From the NCBI GenBank assembly GCA_035084275.1, contig CM068742.1, positions 72,912,001 through 72,976,000 on the forward strand: a DNA stretch of 64,000 bases, read 5' to 3'. Of this stretch, positions 1-12,717 are shown piece after piece. The notes beneath the pieces were generated by a model. The model saw nothing but the letters and a program-made list of their open reading frames with translations. It was not told the origin of the DNA and searched no databases. The stretch's first letter is position 1; each line of letters starts with the position of its first letter. This DNA is from Hydrolagus colliei (taxonomy: Eukaryota). A program made the position numbers and the translations under genes.

Positions 1-186
1 TCTCCCCCCCCCAGCCGTCTATCTCCCCCTCCCCCCAGCCGTCTCTCTCCCCCTCCCCCCAGCAGTCTCTCTCCCCCTCACCCCCCTACCCCCAGCCGTC
101 TCTCTCCCCCCACCCCTTGCATACCTGTATATTGTATTCGAGGACTATGAATACAAGATGGTGGCTTTGCACCTCGGTCTGTGCAT
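1..186 (+). mobile_element. Truncated copy of the minisatellite-bearing hAT-like MITE (same family as 52877-54051)
   Basis: Same ccagccgtctctctcccc repeats, followed by cccttgcatacctgtatattgtattc...gcacctcggtctgtgcat, matching 53801-53873. Similarity stops before the right TIR. Confidence 0.85.
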
Positions 187-561
187 AACAATCTGACATC
201 CATATATCTTCTCACAGGGCTACTGGTTAGCAACGACTAGGAAAAAAAAACGGATGATTTTATCTATCCTCAATTGTCACAATTCTACTGGCGCCGTGCT
301 GAGATCAGCTAACTTGGCACAGGAAGGAAATTTATACTGTAGGCTTACACAAAGGTTTTGTGATACAATTTTATTAATTGAATTTTCTGGATACCGAAAG
401 CATGTATGTTTCACTTATCACAGAACAGAAAAATTGAGAGGGAGATTGAGAAAAAAAAGCTTTTCCAATTTAGGGAGATGATTTAGAGGCCGAGTACAAG
501 ATTATACAGTTTGAGGTATTCTTGCCTCCGAAAAATGAGTTCAAGTCATATATTGGTATTT

Positions 562-877
562 GTGGAATCCTGTAGCTCAGTAGTTAGAGCACTCTCCTTA
601 CAAATGTGAGACCTGTATTTCAAATCCAGGCAGGTCAGGCTGAAACCTTGGGCAAGTTTCCATATTCCACACGCCCAATAATAATCTGTCCAAAAAAAAA
701 TAACAAATTGGTCATTTCATCCACGACTGTTTGTGGGACACTGCTGTGTGCAATTGGCTGCCGCATTTTGCCCACAAATATACAGTCAATTCACTTTACA
801 GTATATTCCGTGAAGCGCTTTTAGACGTCTAGAAGACATGAAAAACGCTATATAAAATGCAACGATTATTATTATTA
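562..877 (+). mobile_element. tRNA-derived SINE (young family, L2-type 3' tail), full length
   Basis: A box tagctcagtagt, B box-like tttcaaatcc, shared body gtgggacactgctgtg..caattggctgcc, 3' end gtgaagcgcttt..gacgtc and (ATT)n tail. Confidence 0.9.
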
Positions 878-1478
878 TATCTATACTCAGTCTTGACTGA
901 CGCACCCATGCAATTCTGATGTATCACCACATTCCCAGAAGTACCATCATTTGGATGAACACTAACCTGAGGTCTTGCCTCGGTTTGAAGGTTTATACAA
1001 AACCTTTGGGTGAGCCTGTTCAGGTAGACATAAAAGATCTCTCGACACAACTTGGAAAAATAATTTTCTTCCAATGTCCTAAGCAACATTCACCTCTTGC
1101 TGTGTGTGGGTACTTGAGGTGTACAAAATGATCGTATTTGCTTTCAAATACAGTCACTACATTTGCCAGTCAAAACTGTTAAAGTCTTTGAGCTGTGTTG
1201 ACATGAAAGTGTGCTAGAAGAAAATGTCAGAGCGCTTCATGGGAATTACTGTATTTGTAGGAAAACACAGTAGCTAATTCTGTGTATAAAAATGTCCCAC
1301 AAACAGTCATGAACTAAATGACCAATTTTATCTGAGCCATTGTTAGCCAGGACACCAGCTAACAAATAGTGCCATGAGTTCTTTAATATCCATTTTTAAC
1401 GTCCACCTGAACACAGTCTCTGTGTCTGTCTGTCTGACAGACAACACCTCTGATAGTGCAATAGTCACTGCAATCTAG

Positions 1479-1643
1479 TAGGGAACGGCAATATATCGGT
1501 GCGCGCGCGGAGTGCGCGCGCGCACTCCGATGCGCACGCGCATGCGCAGTACGAAGAACGGAAAATATCGGTATTTCGGTATATCTCGATATGAGCCAAC
1601 CGATATATCCATATCCGGAAAATTACCATATCGCCGTTCCCTA
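1479..1643. mobile_element. Non-autonomous hAT-like MITE, 165 bp
   Basis: TIRs tagggaacggc(a/g)atat at both ends. Perfect 8-bp TSD caatctag (1471-1478 and 1644-1651). Sub-terminal CGATAT repeats. Inserted into an older SINE. Confidence 0.92.
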
Positions 1644-1812
1644 CAATCTAGTATCAGCAATATTAGCACAAAATCTGGAAATGGAGTTTGAGCCTACAAC
1701 CTACTGAATCCGACGCGAGACCAGTGAGACTGAGGGTGGGTGCTCTGCAGTTTAATAATTATGCTCCCCTCTCCCCAAAAGGACAAAAAAAACCAAATAT
1801 GATTCTTCTTAC

Positions 1813-1897
1813 CCCGATTTATAATCAAATGCTCTGGTCTCATTTAATATTATTTCTCCATTCTCCAACATTTCAATTTGCCTCTGAATTTCATAAT
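1813..1897 (-). CDS. GATB: GATB coding exon 7 (gene continues beyond the left edge)
   Basis: Acceptor ttttgtaacag, donor GG|gtaaga, 85 nt. Translates (D)[27 protein letters not shown](G). The next expected exon (MRxKE..DYR motif) was not found in 1-1812. Confidence 0.95.
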
Positions 1898-2115
1898 CTG
1901 TTACAAAATAAAACAGCATTATTACAATTGAGATAAGAATTAATTCACTGTAAAACTAAATGTTTTTACTGCTTTTTCAGAAAAAATGATACAAAATGAA
2001 GAATTATTTGGGGTGGAGCTGTAGAAATAGAATGAAATAAGAAACACATAAAGAGAGCTGCATAATGATGCAGCTAACATTTGGATTAAGGGCAGATAAA
2101 GGACATATCACAGAC

Positions 2116-2229
2116 CGATTGCTCTTGCCAAGAATCGAGCACTGTTGATATTCTTCACTTCAGCTCTCACACCATACGGCTCCCCAGGTTGATGTACAGA
2201 AATGTTGGCATCCACTCTCAACTGTCCCT
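2116..2229 (-). CDS. GATB: GATB coding exon 6
   Basis: Acceptor catttgtgcag, donor G|gtctgt, 114 nt. Translates (E)[37 protein letters not shown](D), with the GatB LRxDxNIS and EVKNxNS motifs. Confidence 0.96.
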
Positions 2230-4056
2230 CTGCACAAATGAAAACATGACATGATTACAAGCAGCTCCAACAGTAATGGAATTGTCACAATCTGCTTATC
2301 ATTAGCAGATGGAAATTTTGTAAATACAGTAATATAGATATGTATACATAAGAACAAAACTGCCAAACAAAACTAATCAAGTACAACTCTATCATACTGG
2401 ATAACTTAAATCCGCATGCTGGCTGCAGTAGATGACAAACATTAATAAGACATGATGCATATGAGTTAGGCTGCATTAAAAAATGCATAATAATCCTTGA
2501 TTTAATTTAGCGCATGGTCATATCCTGGCTCGGTCCCGGGATCCGTTATTGTGAAGCGCTCTGAGACGCGTGGAGGGTGCTATATAAATCGAAGCTGTTG
2601 TTATCAAAATGTCCCAAATATCACCACACTTCATTGTAAAATGTAGTGACTATATTTATAGGCAAAATGCCCACAGCAATGACTCAAGACAGCCATGAAG
2701 TGAATACCTGCTTTAAAAAATAATGGAACTGTAGTTTAAGACACAGGGAGAAATTCTCCTTCTCTTTGGGGGCTGCAGAGAAGTGGAGAGACTTGAAAAC
2801 AAGAGTGATGATCTTGAAATTGATCCTCTCCAGGACGACTGGTTAACAATGCACTGACAATTTCTTGTCTGCTTCGAGGGTTGGAGCTTCATGTCTCTGT
2901 CTGTGCTAAATTAGCTGATATTTTGTTATGAATGCTTTGTGCATTCTTTAGCGCCTTTAATTTTGACTTCTTACTATTTCCCCTACTCATTAATACCTGA
3001 TTTTCATTGTTGAGCTTTTTGTCCCAAATCTAACAATAATCTCACAAAACAAATAATGTATTGATCATTTCAATCCACGACTGTTTGTGGGACACTGCTG
3101 TGCGCAATTGGCTGCCACATTTCACCCACAAACATAGGGTCAATTCACTTTACAGTATATTCTATGAAGCGCTTTGAGAAGTCTAGAAGACGTGAAAAGC
3201 GCTACATCAAATGCAAGGATTATTATTATTACTATATCAGCCAGGTAGCAGTTGGAGCTCTAAAATTAGTCTCACTACAGGGAAAATCAGCTCCCAGTTG
3301 CTAGAGACAGCACCCCTTCTACCCCACTCCACCTTACTGGATAGTTTGTGTATGTGTGTGTGTATCAAACCAGAGCAGATTCAGGCTTGACTCCAATGCC
3401 TAAGTTAGGCATTGACTGCCAAAATTCTGTCAAACTTTTCAATGATCGGTCCCAATGTCAGACCTTGCCTGTAAACCTGTGTTGAAGTCTCATAGGCAGT
3501 TCTAAATTTAAACTTAATTCGTAAATGGGTTACTATAGCTCTCAGATCAGAAACACAGTGGAGCATTGTTATAACACCATAATTGGGGTTCAACAAATCC
3601 CAACCAGCACTATAATACTGTGAGATTAATGGTCAAGGTTTCTGCGTTCGCTGGGTATATGCCACAAATCACCAGCATCATGGGAAGCCCAAATGGCTAA
3701 ATTCAAGTTGACACTGATAACACATGCACAGCTTGTGTACAAAAAGTAACATAGCAAACAGCCTGATGATCTAGGTGCACTTGTGTATCTCATGAAAAAG
3801 CAGATTCAGGCACAATTCTAATACTTTCTGCTATTTTCAGTGGATTTCAGGGCTCTTGCTGAAATTTTCAAGCGTCATTGGATCAAGTGCATGCATTTGG
3901 GATTTTTGGGGAAAGTAAGTAACATATCTTAAAATCATGCTATAAGCAAATTCACAATTAGAAGGTAGCGCGTGCTATCAAAGGGTTCAGTGCTCTGAGA
4001 CGCTAACAATGTGAAGGACTATATGAATGCAAACTGTCGTTCCTGCCAATAATTAC

Positions 4057-4179
4057 CTGACATATTTCCACGGCATGTTCCAAGCTGCTGTAAGATAAGT
4101 TGCAGTTCGCGAACTGCTGCTGCAGCCTCTTCACCACAAGTCATATCTGGCTCCATAACAATCTCGATTAGACCAACCC
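4057..4179 (-). CDS. GATB: GATB coding exon 5
   Basis: Acceptor tttgattgtcag, donor G|gtaatt, 123 nt. Translates (G)[40 protein letters not shown](E). Confidence 0.97.
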
Positions 4180-4532
4180 CTGACAATCAAACATTATTCA
4201 TTTAGAAGATACCTTGGGGAACAAAACACAATACTACTTGGAATGAGGGGGAAAAGAGGAGGGTTTCAAATAGTTAATCTTGCAAAACTAAAGAAAAACA
4301 TGCAGAAATATTCTTATTCTATCAGCACTGATAGAAAACAAATTACAGACATGGATCTTAATTACATCTTAATTACCATGCTTCATGTAGTGTTTACAGG
4401 GCATAGACCATTTCTCCTTTAAACTCATCAACTTGAGCTGCGTGACACAAACCACTGCTAAAATCCTTATTCATGCATTTGTGATTCCTGGGCCCTCTTA
4501 ATATACTCCTTACTGGTCTCCCTAGTTCCATG

Positions 4533-4680
4533 CACAAACAAAAACGCAAAATACTGCAGATGCTGGAAATCTGAAACAAAAACAGAAATCACTCGGAACA
4601 CCCAGCAGATCAGGCAGCATCTGTGGAGAAAGAAAAAGTGATTCAACGTTTCAGGTCCACGACCCTTCGTCAGAACTGAG
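4533..4680 (-). mobile_element. Penelope-derived repeat with hammerhead ribozyme core (GATB intron 4)
   Basis: Minus strand reads cagtt-CTGACGA-agggtcgtggacct-GAAA-cgtt-gaatc. Homologous to the 61327-61553 element. Confidence 0.65.
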
Positions 4681-4959
4681 AAGGCTCTGCCAGCAGACGG
4701 AGGAAAACTCCACCATCCACATCCTCACCAAACTCTGCATGTTCATCACTATAGTGCTCATGAACCTCAATGGATGAACGATTTCAAGGACATCGGTGTC
4801 ACCTATAAATTATTTCACTGACTAGAATCTTCCTATATTTGTGACCTCCCACCCTACTCCTCCTAGCCCACAATCCTCAGCAATGCTTGGGCTTGCTGAG
4901 AGTCTCCCACCTCAACATGAATGGCCAAGCTCTCAGAAACATCATCACCTCTCTACTCC

Positions 4960-6712
4960 TCCATCTTGTCTCCTCTCTATTTGTTGTTAATTCCCACCTG
5001 AAAAACGACCTCTTCAAGTACCTCTACAATTACCTCCTACCTTGCTTGGCCTTGGCAATCATCACTGTGAAACTCTCCAAGTCATTATCCTACATGGTTG
5101 TTGCCAACCAATTCTGCACACACCTCTCCCTCCACACTCTATTTGAACCTCTTCAATCCGGCTTCCGCCCTACCCACAGTACAGAAACTGCAATTGTGAA
5201 AGTCACAAATTATGTCCTCTCTATCTGTGACCAGGGCTCCCTCTGCCTCCTTGTCCTCCTGGACCTCTACGCCACCTTTGACACAGTCGATCACTCATAC
5301 TCCTCCACTGCCTGTCCTCTGTCCTTCATGGGACCACACTAAACTGGCTCGCGTCCTACCTCACAAACCGTCAACAATACATCATTACAAACAGCCTTTC
5401 CTCTCGCTTTTGCCCAGTCACCATTGGGCGGGCAAGCCTTCAGCCACTCTGCTCCCAACCACTGGAACTCCATCCCACAGTCCCTCCACCTTGCCCCCTC
5501 CCTGGCTTCCTTCAACTCCCGCCTCAAGACGCTCCTCTTCGATGGACCCATTAGTTACTCGTAATCGCCCCCTTCCCTCCCCACCCCCTGTCCTAAGGTC
5601 AGGTCTGAAGTGGTAGCTGTCCAGCACCTTGGGACATCCTCCTGACGTGAAAGGCGCAATACAGGTGTAATTTTGTTGTTGTCACCTGCGGGTACCCCAA
5701 GGATCCATCCTTGGTCCCCTTCTCTTCCTTATCTACATGCTCCCTCTTGGTGATGGTATCCGCAGGCATGGAGCAAATTTCCACATGTATGTGGATGACA
5801 CCCAACTCTACTTTTCCACCTCATATTAAGACCACCAGTCCCCTGACGCTCTGTCAGCCTGTCTGACAGACGTCAAGAGCTGGATGAGCTCGAACTTCCT
5901 GCAATTAAACGTTGACAAGACGGAAGCCATACTCTTTGGCACTCATCGACGTCTTCAGTCCCACGGCTCTCACCTCCTCCACCTACCCGACCTGCCCCTA
6001 AAACTCTCTAAACCCGTATGCAACCTAGATGTCAGTTTTGATCCCCAATTACCCTCCCTCCCCTACAACTGGTCCCTCACCAGCACCGCCTTCTTCCATC
6101 TCCGCCATATTGCCTGTCTCTACCAATATCTCACTCCTAAAGCTGCTGAAACCCTGGTCCACGCCTTTGTCACCTTTCGGCTGGACTACTCCAATGCCCT
6201 CCTCGCCGGTCTCCCTTCTGCCACCATTCACAAAATTCAGCTCATACAGAACTCCGCTGTCCGCATTCTCACCCAAACCAAACTTCGCTCCCCAAATACT
6301 CCAGTCCTTGCCAGACTTCACTGGCTCCCGGTCACATAGCAGATCGACTTCAAGATCCTCAATCTCGTTTTTAAATCCCTCCACTCCTCTGCACTTCACT
6401 ACCTCTCTAACTTCCTTTCTCTTCACATCTGTACTCACTGCCTCTGCTCTACTGGGTCTGGCCTCCTTGTTCCCCGATCCTTCGCTCCACCATCGGTGGC
6501 TGTGCCTTCAGCCACAATGTCCCAAGCTCTGTCCCTTCGCCTTGCCCCTTCCTTTTCCATTTTCAGGTCACGCTTGAAGACCTTTCTGTTTGACCGCGCC
6601 TATGATCACCTTCCCTCTCCCCCTGGCTCGGCCCCGGGCTTTGTTATTGCGAAGTGCTCTGAGACGCCGTCTGCCGTGGATGGCACTATATAAATCCAAG
6701 TTGTTGTTGTTA
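4960..6712 (+). mobile_element. Degenerate L2 LINE with a nested L2 3'-end insertion at about 5423-5680
   Basis: [53 protein letters not shown] and LHWLPV motifs across frames. (TTG)n tails near 5680 and 6710. Confidence 0.9.
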
Positions 6713-7796
6713 TATATAAGTGCAAGTTGCTTCTTTAAACAACTCCCAAAGGCACATATACTGAGCCAATTGGCAACAGTTCACTAAATAAATGCACCAA
6801 ATATTATGGCACAGAGCCATGCATACAAGGAAGGACTCTCTGCTAAAAGCTGTAAATGTCGCATCAACCAGCGGAATGCACAATTTATACAGCTATCCCG
6901 ATGATGTGTTTAGTTTAAAAAAATATAGAAGGTACTTTAAAATTCAAATTTACATTGCATTTTAAAAGCCAATCATCTCTTCAAAAGTTCTTCTATGGTT
7001 TAATTGAAAATATCTCCACTTTATTTTAAAAAATCAGGATTTGCTCTTCAAGGTGCTTTAAATTAAAATAGATTAAACTGTGGAGTAAGATAGCATCGGA
7101 CAAATTAGTTTGGTAGAGTTGCTGAGCAGTGTTATGGAATATGAATTAACCCATTGGTATTTCAATGAATGGGTCATTTGTACTGTTTATGTTCTGCTCT
7201 CTTACATTGCTGTGCTAAGCTAACTCCTCTTAGCAGAACCTTGCAATAAAATTGTTGACAGAATCAGAGTATTAAAACAAAAGTAAAATCTATACAAATA
7301 AAGGCAAAATTTCTGCATGTCTGTCCGCCAAGAATGCAATAACCGATTGATGTGGAGACAGGATTAATACCACATCGGAAAGATCTTGCATGGGGCAGTG
7401 TCATGGGCATATTTTCTTTCAGAGATCTCGTATCATCAACTAGCTATGTTAAAAAAAAATGCTTTAATTAAGCCCTAAATTTGAGGTATACATGGTATTC
7501 AGAAACAGAAGTAGCCACAGAGGCAATCACACATTCTTCTAGAGATACATCTAAGGTAATATATTCTGTAACAAAGTAGCACAAAGAAAAGCTATGACCT
7601 AAACAAGTTCATCACACAAGTATGCACTCCAACCAGGCGTCCTCTCAGCTGAGTATCAATGTACATTCTGTATGAGATCCTTTGGTTGCAAGTGAAGTTG
7701 CAACGTATAGAGCTAGTAAGAGAATAAAATGAATTTAAAAATAGATACACGGATGGTGAAATATCTACTTTATACAGGATCAGTTTACAGCCCTAC

Positions 7797-7995
7797 CAGC
7801 TCGATTCAAGTCGATCAAAGTTTGAAATCTTGCATCATCATGCAGACTTTTCCCGCTATCCTGCTCCAGTTGTATCTGTTTAATTCGCACTGATTTAAGT
7901 GTTGTTTGATTTCTGTTCTTCTCAGTGCATAGGCTATACGTGAGATTTCCATTAACTGCGATTGGACATCTTTGTTGTGTTATCTGATATCCAGC
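7797..7995 (-). CDS. GATB: GATB coding exon 4
   Basis: Acceptor catatttag, donor G|gtaggg, 199 nt. Translates [66 protein letters not shown](G), with the [14 protein letters not shown] and DLNRAG motifs. Confidence 0.97.
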
Positions 7996-9351
7996 CTAAA
8001 TATGCAACAGAGAATACTTGCTCAATATAGTTAACAGCAACATTATCAAATTTAAACCTTTAACTGGCATTCATTAGATAGCTTAGAGATTTGCTCAACA
8101 ATAAAACAAAATATACCCAACAACACTATCTAATCAGAGAAAACCATGGGGAACTCGATAGAGTTTTTCAAGATCATGATGGATTTGGAAAAAATGAAAT
8201 TCAATTAAGTTGCTCTGCTGAATACAAATTCAAGATGCAGAAACAGAATGATATAACGCAGCAGAATATTCTGCCCATTAAGCCTGTCCTGACGTTTTCT
8301 CCACATTAGCTTCTTAATTTAGTCTCACTATCAAAACCTCTAACTTTTTTTCAAATATCTAAAGGATTCAAAGGTATAGATTGAAAATAACAAAAGGGAA
8401 TTGGAAATGAGGACTTTTTTTTAATAAAGAGTGACTGACATATGAAACAAACTACCAGCATGGGTGATGCAATAAACGATAAAAGATTTCAAAAAGTAAT
8501 TATACAAATGAAACGATTCAATGTTATTAGATTTGGAAATCGAAGTAATCTTGTGGGAAATAGAGGGACCAAAATTCTATCAGGACAGCAAAATAATTAA
8601 TGCTAGAATTTACAAAGTTAATCAACACCTTCACCTTTCCACCTTGGTTTGGAAAGAGCATACAATGGGGAATATGTTCCTTAAAGTATAGAAAACATTT
8701 CCCTCTCAGATCCATAAATATGTCTCTTCAAGGTCAAGTCACCGAGTACACACACCACCACCATTTATCTGCTGCTCTTAAACAGAAGACAATGTGGTAG
8801 AATGGGCCATTCTACCACATACCCATGTACCTTTTGACACACAAAGAAATTCGAAATTCAGCTGCACATGTGGTAAAGAAGCATTACCTAATAGAATCCA
8901 GGTTTCCATCAATAATTCTGGGTTACAGTCATGCATAATACCTCTTCCTTTCATGGTTGCTAAGACTGGCTATCTTGATAAGATTCCAAACCACTTTGTC
9001 AGAGAATCCCTTGTATGTTAGGTTGTGACTATTTACAATTCTTCCCACTTGCTGGATGATGCTATCAGCAGTGAATGTTTGCACAGTATATTTCTCCTGT
9101 TTCTTTTTTACCTCAGTTAAGTTTAACTCGTTGCCAGCCTCTTGTTTTTATGACTTCTTCCCCTTTTGTAGCTGAACTCAACATGCTGAGCAGATTTTCT
9201 TCCACTTTTAAAATGAACAAACACCAGCCCATTAAGAATATCAGGGGCCACGTGTCATATTCAAATGTACTCAGATATAATTTGCAAAAGTCAATTCGGG
9301 TCAAAAGATTCATACGTAATACAAGATATTTTAAACCATGCAGAGACTTAC

Positions 9352-9465
9352 TGGCAAGTCAGCATAGAAGTAATGCTTTCGGTCAAATAAGGATCTCTTA
9401 TTAATTGCACAGTTCAGAGCTAAGCCGGTCATCACAGCTCCTTCCACGCAGCGTTTATTAAGAAC
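9352..9465 (-). CDS. GATB: GATB coding exon 3
   Basis: Acceptor ttttcaaag, donor CCA|gtaagt, 114 nt. Translates [38 protein letters not shown] (GatB FDRKxYFYxDLP motif). Confidence 0.97.
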
Positions 9466-12400
9466 CTTTGAAAATGGAGGAATACAACCGTTATAAGTAG
9501 AGTCACTTTACTGGGAGGCATTCAATTCAAAAACATCTTCTGCATAAAGGTTCCTTTGAAAGAAACAAATACATGCACCGTCACAGATAGTACAGCTTTA
9601 CAATACTGCAGTAACACGTCTTCTAGCACTGTCGAGGCATTTAAGGTCTAATTCTGTAATGAATCAGCATGATGAACACTACATCACATTGCTAGACGAT
9701 TCTTCACAGCTTAGCATTGCAATGCTGCTCACAACAGGATGCGCATGCATATAAAATAATAATGAGATTGGAAGTCAGTGAAGGACACATGACTGCTTAA
9801 GCTGCAGAACATACAATCATCTAACTACATAAAAAAATCAATTGGGTGTCAAGTCTCTTCTCCTGCAATCACTACAAACCGAGAAAACAAGACATTCACA
9901 CCACTGAAGACATTCAAACTACTAATTTTGTGCAAAGCAAAAACCTAACTCTAAGAAGAGATTGATGTTTGACCTCAGCAAGTCTGATACGACCAATGAA
10001 TTTATGTCAAGCCTGCTCATTGAGAACAGGACAATTCAATCAAAGGAATAAATGCTTAGTTGACCGATACATTTTTCGTTGGTATGCTAAAACATGAGTA
10101 ACAGTAATTTCAATAACAATTATAGTCTTTAGTAAAAAATCCCTTTGCTCCTTCCCTCCACTCTATGTCAAAGCTCATTTGAAAATCTATATATTTGACT
10201 GCACCCTCAACAACCAGTTCGCTTTGACTCTAACAACAACAAACAAAATTATATTTGTATAGAGCCTTTCACGTCAGGAGGACATGAAGGAGGACAGGAG
10301 AATGTAAAGTACTCAGTCTATGTAAAGTACTTTGAGGTATTCTACATGAAAGGTGCTATTGGCTGGCAAGGCTGGCATTGACAATGCTAAGCAACTTTGT
10401 GCAAATGCATGTTAGGGAAGAACATCTAAGTATGTCACACCTGACCTTGGGAAAGTGCTCAATTTCCTATCATTATGATATCTCAAGTATTGAAGACACT
10501 ATTCATAAAACATTTGGGCAAGGTGGAGCATTTGTCTTTTGATTTTACAACCACCCCTCCACTCCTAGCTTTCCTCAACTAAAACACACACACAACACAC
10601 ACACATTCTAGGGAGGGTATTGTTGTTGCTGTTGTAGTAGGGTAGTGATCGAGACCAGAAACAATGGCTCATTCCACCCCACTCCCTATTTCTCAGAACA
10701 CTGAAATAAATTATTGCATTTCACTTCCACCTTGACTAAGGTCGGACTGCTTAGTATTGGAACCGACTCAAATTTATGTTGCTGTTTTCCTTCATCATTG
10801 GGGAACTAGAATGTACATCTTAACATAAGTTCCACTTTAGGCATCAAGTTCTGCTGGAAAGCTTAAATTAATACAATATTGAGACATATTTACAAAAATA
10901 CAGTATGGTTTTGAAAGTCACTGTAAACCTTAGTCAGCCAGGTGCCGAACATATGCAGAAACACATCACCATGCTTGATAACCAGTTTGATATATGTATG
11001 CCATATCTGCATGGAAATGTCCATATGTATGGAATGGAAAGAGCACATTCCTTGGATGGATGGATCCTGCCTAATTCTGGAGAGTATTAATAATAATAAA
11101 TAATCCTTGCATTTGATAAAGTACCGTATCAAGTAATTGAGATGCCTGAAAGCGCTTCAAAGGATATGATATGAAATGGACTGACCGTGTATTTTGTGGG
11201 TAAAGGTGCAAATATAGAAGAGCCAAGTCTTGGGAACCCAAGAGTGTACATTGGGTACTGCTGAAGTTTAAACTGCATTACATGCCATGAGCACACTGTC
11301 TGGCAAGCTTCCCGCTGCTTGTCCAGCTAGGACACCCCAAGGTGACTTGGCTTACCTCGCCTCAAGGATAGTAATCAAACAACGAAGATATGTGAAGGGT
11401 CAATTACTGGCAGTGTTAATGAATTCAAATTAATTGGCTGCTTATCTCATTGTTGTTTGTGAGTCCTTGCTGTTGCAGTTTAACTATTGCGTTTGCCTGT
11501 AAAACAATTTATTTCATTTCTCATCAATTATATTTCGTAAATACATTGAGAAGTTTATTTTTATATGTAAGGTGTTATATACATGGAGGTTATTATTGAT
11601 GCAGTAGCAAACAGGATCAAATGAGTTGAAAATTATATTATACTGTAAAAACAAACTTTATAGTAATTCAGGAATTGTTCAGTTAGCTGGTATTTTATGC
11701 ACTTTCAAATATTTTTAAAACAATGGACATCATCAAATGGTCAATTGACACATATTAGGGGTGGAAGTGGATTTTGTTTCCTATTTTATTTACTTGAATT
11801 TCATAATTTTGAAGATTTGACACTTGCAAGAAGATGGGATTTGGATCAGACATTGGGGCAATTACTGTATATTTGACAAAAGCTTTTCTAATTTTTTTAA
11901 CTCTTTTAGGTATTGATTTAACATCCCCCTCAATCATCAGCTCAACAATAACAATGACTTTCATTTATATACTGCCCTTCATGCAGAATAGCATCTTGAA
12001 ATGTTCAGCATACAAACTCTGTCAAGCATCTACAACCCTGCTTTTGAAAGTTGCTATAGGTACTGTAGTACCCTTGAATGACTTATCTTCTGAACTTTTT
12101 CCTTCCCTACAGGGTAGTAGCTAGGTTCTCTCTGCAATTAGTAACATTTGGAAATCTTGTACAGGAACCAATAATTATGAATATGAACCACATATACAGA
12201 CAGAACTATGTATTACAGCAGCAACATTCCAGTCCCCTGATGGTGCTCAGTAACTCACTTTTAAATTATTGTAAATTGGTACGCTTATTTCCTCTCCAGA
12301 TTTCCCCCCCCTCTATTTGGTGCAGCTTTGTCATTTAGACAGCAGCAGGTGGCAAGGTGACATTCCTGAAAATCTTTTCAAAACATTGGTGTCTGACTGC

Positions 12401-12566
12401 CCAACAGTTCATATCATTAGAAACCAGCAGGGAAGAAGAGTGCATTATCTACGACAAATAAATTAATCTAGCAACATAAACCTAGGGGGAATTCTATCGC
12501 ACGTAAGTCATATAAGGGCATCATTAGTTCAACAAATACAATATAAAGATGTTTTAAAATACTCAC

Positions 12567-12717
12567 CGGTAATGTGCCAGGAAGAGAAGCATCCAAAAAT
12601 GATACCAATGAATTGGGAGGTGCTGAAAACTGCACCAGTGACCCAGAGAAAAGTTTGGAGTTTGAACATATTTGAGCATGGACTTCCAATCCTACAACTC
12701 CTACCCATGATGATTTG
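12567..12717 (-). CDS. GATB: GATB coding exon 2
   Basis: Acceptor ttccaccttccag, donor CCG|gtgagt, 151 nt. Translates (S)[50 protein letters not shown], containing the GatB N-terminal GLEVHAQ and PGTLP motifs. Confidence 0.97.

Noticed and set aside
1-1812. GATB exon 8
   Set aside because: No sequence encoding the expected MRxKE..DYR segment was found; it presumably lies left of the window.
11755-11964. 69-aa ORF with a KAF motif, suggesting an L1 RT or an extra GATB exon
   Set aside because: It starts within a decayed L2-type tail, has no further RT motifs, and GATB exons 2 and 3 already join in frame without it.
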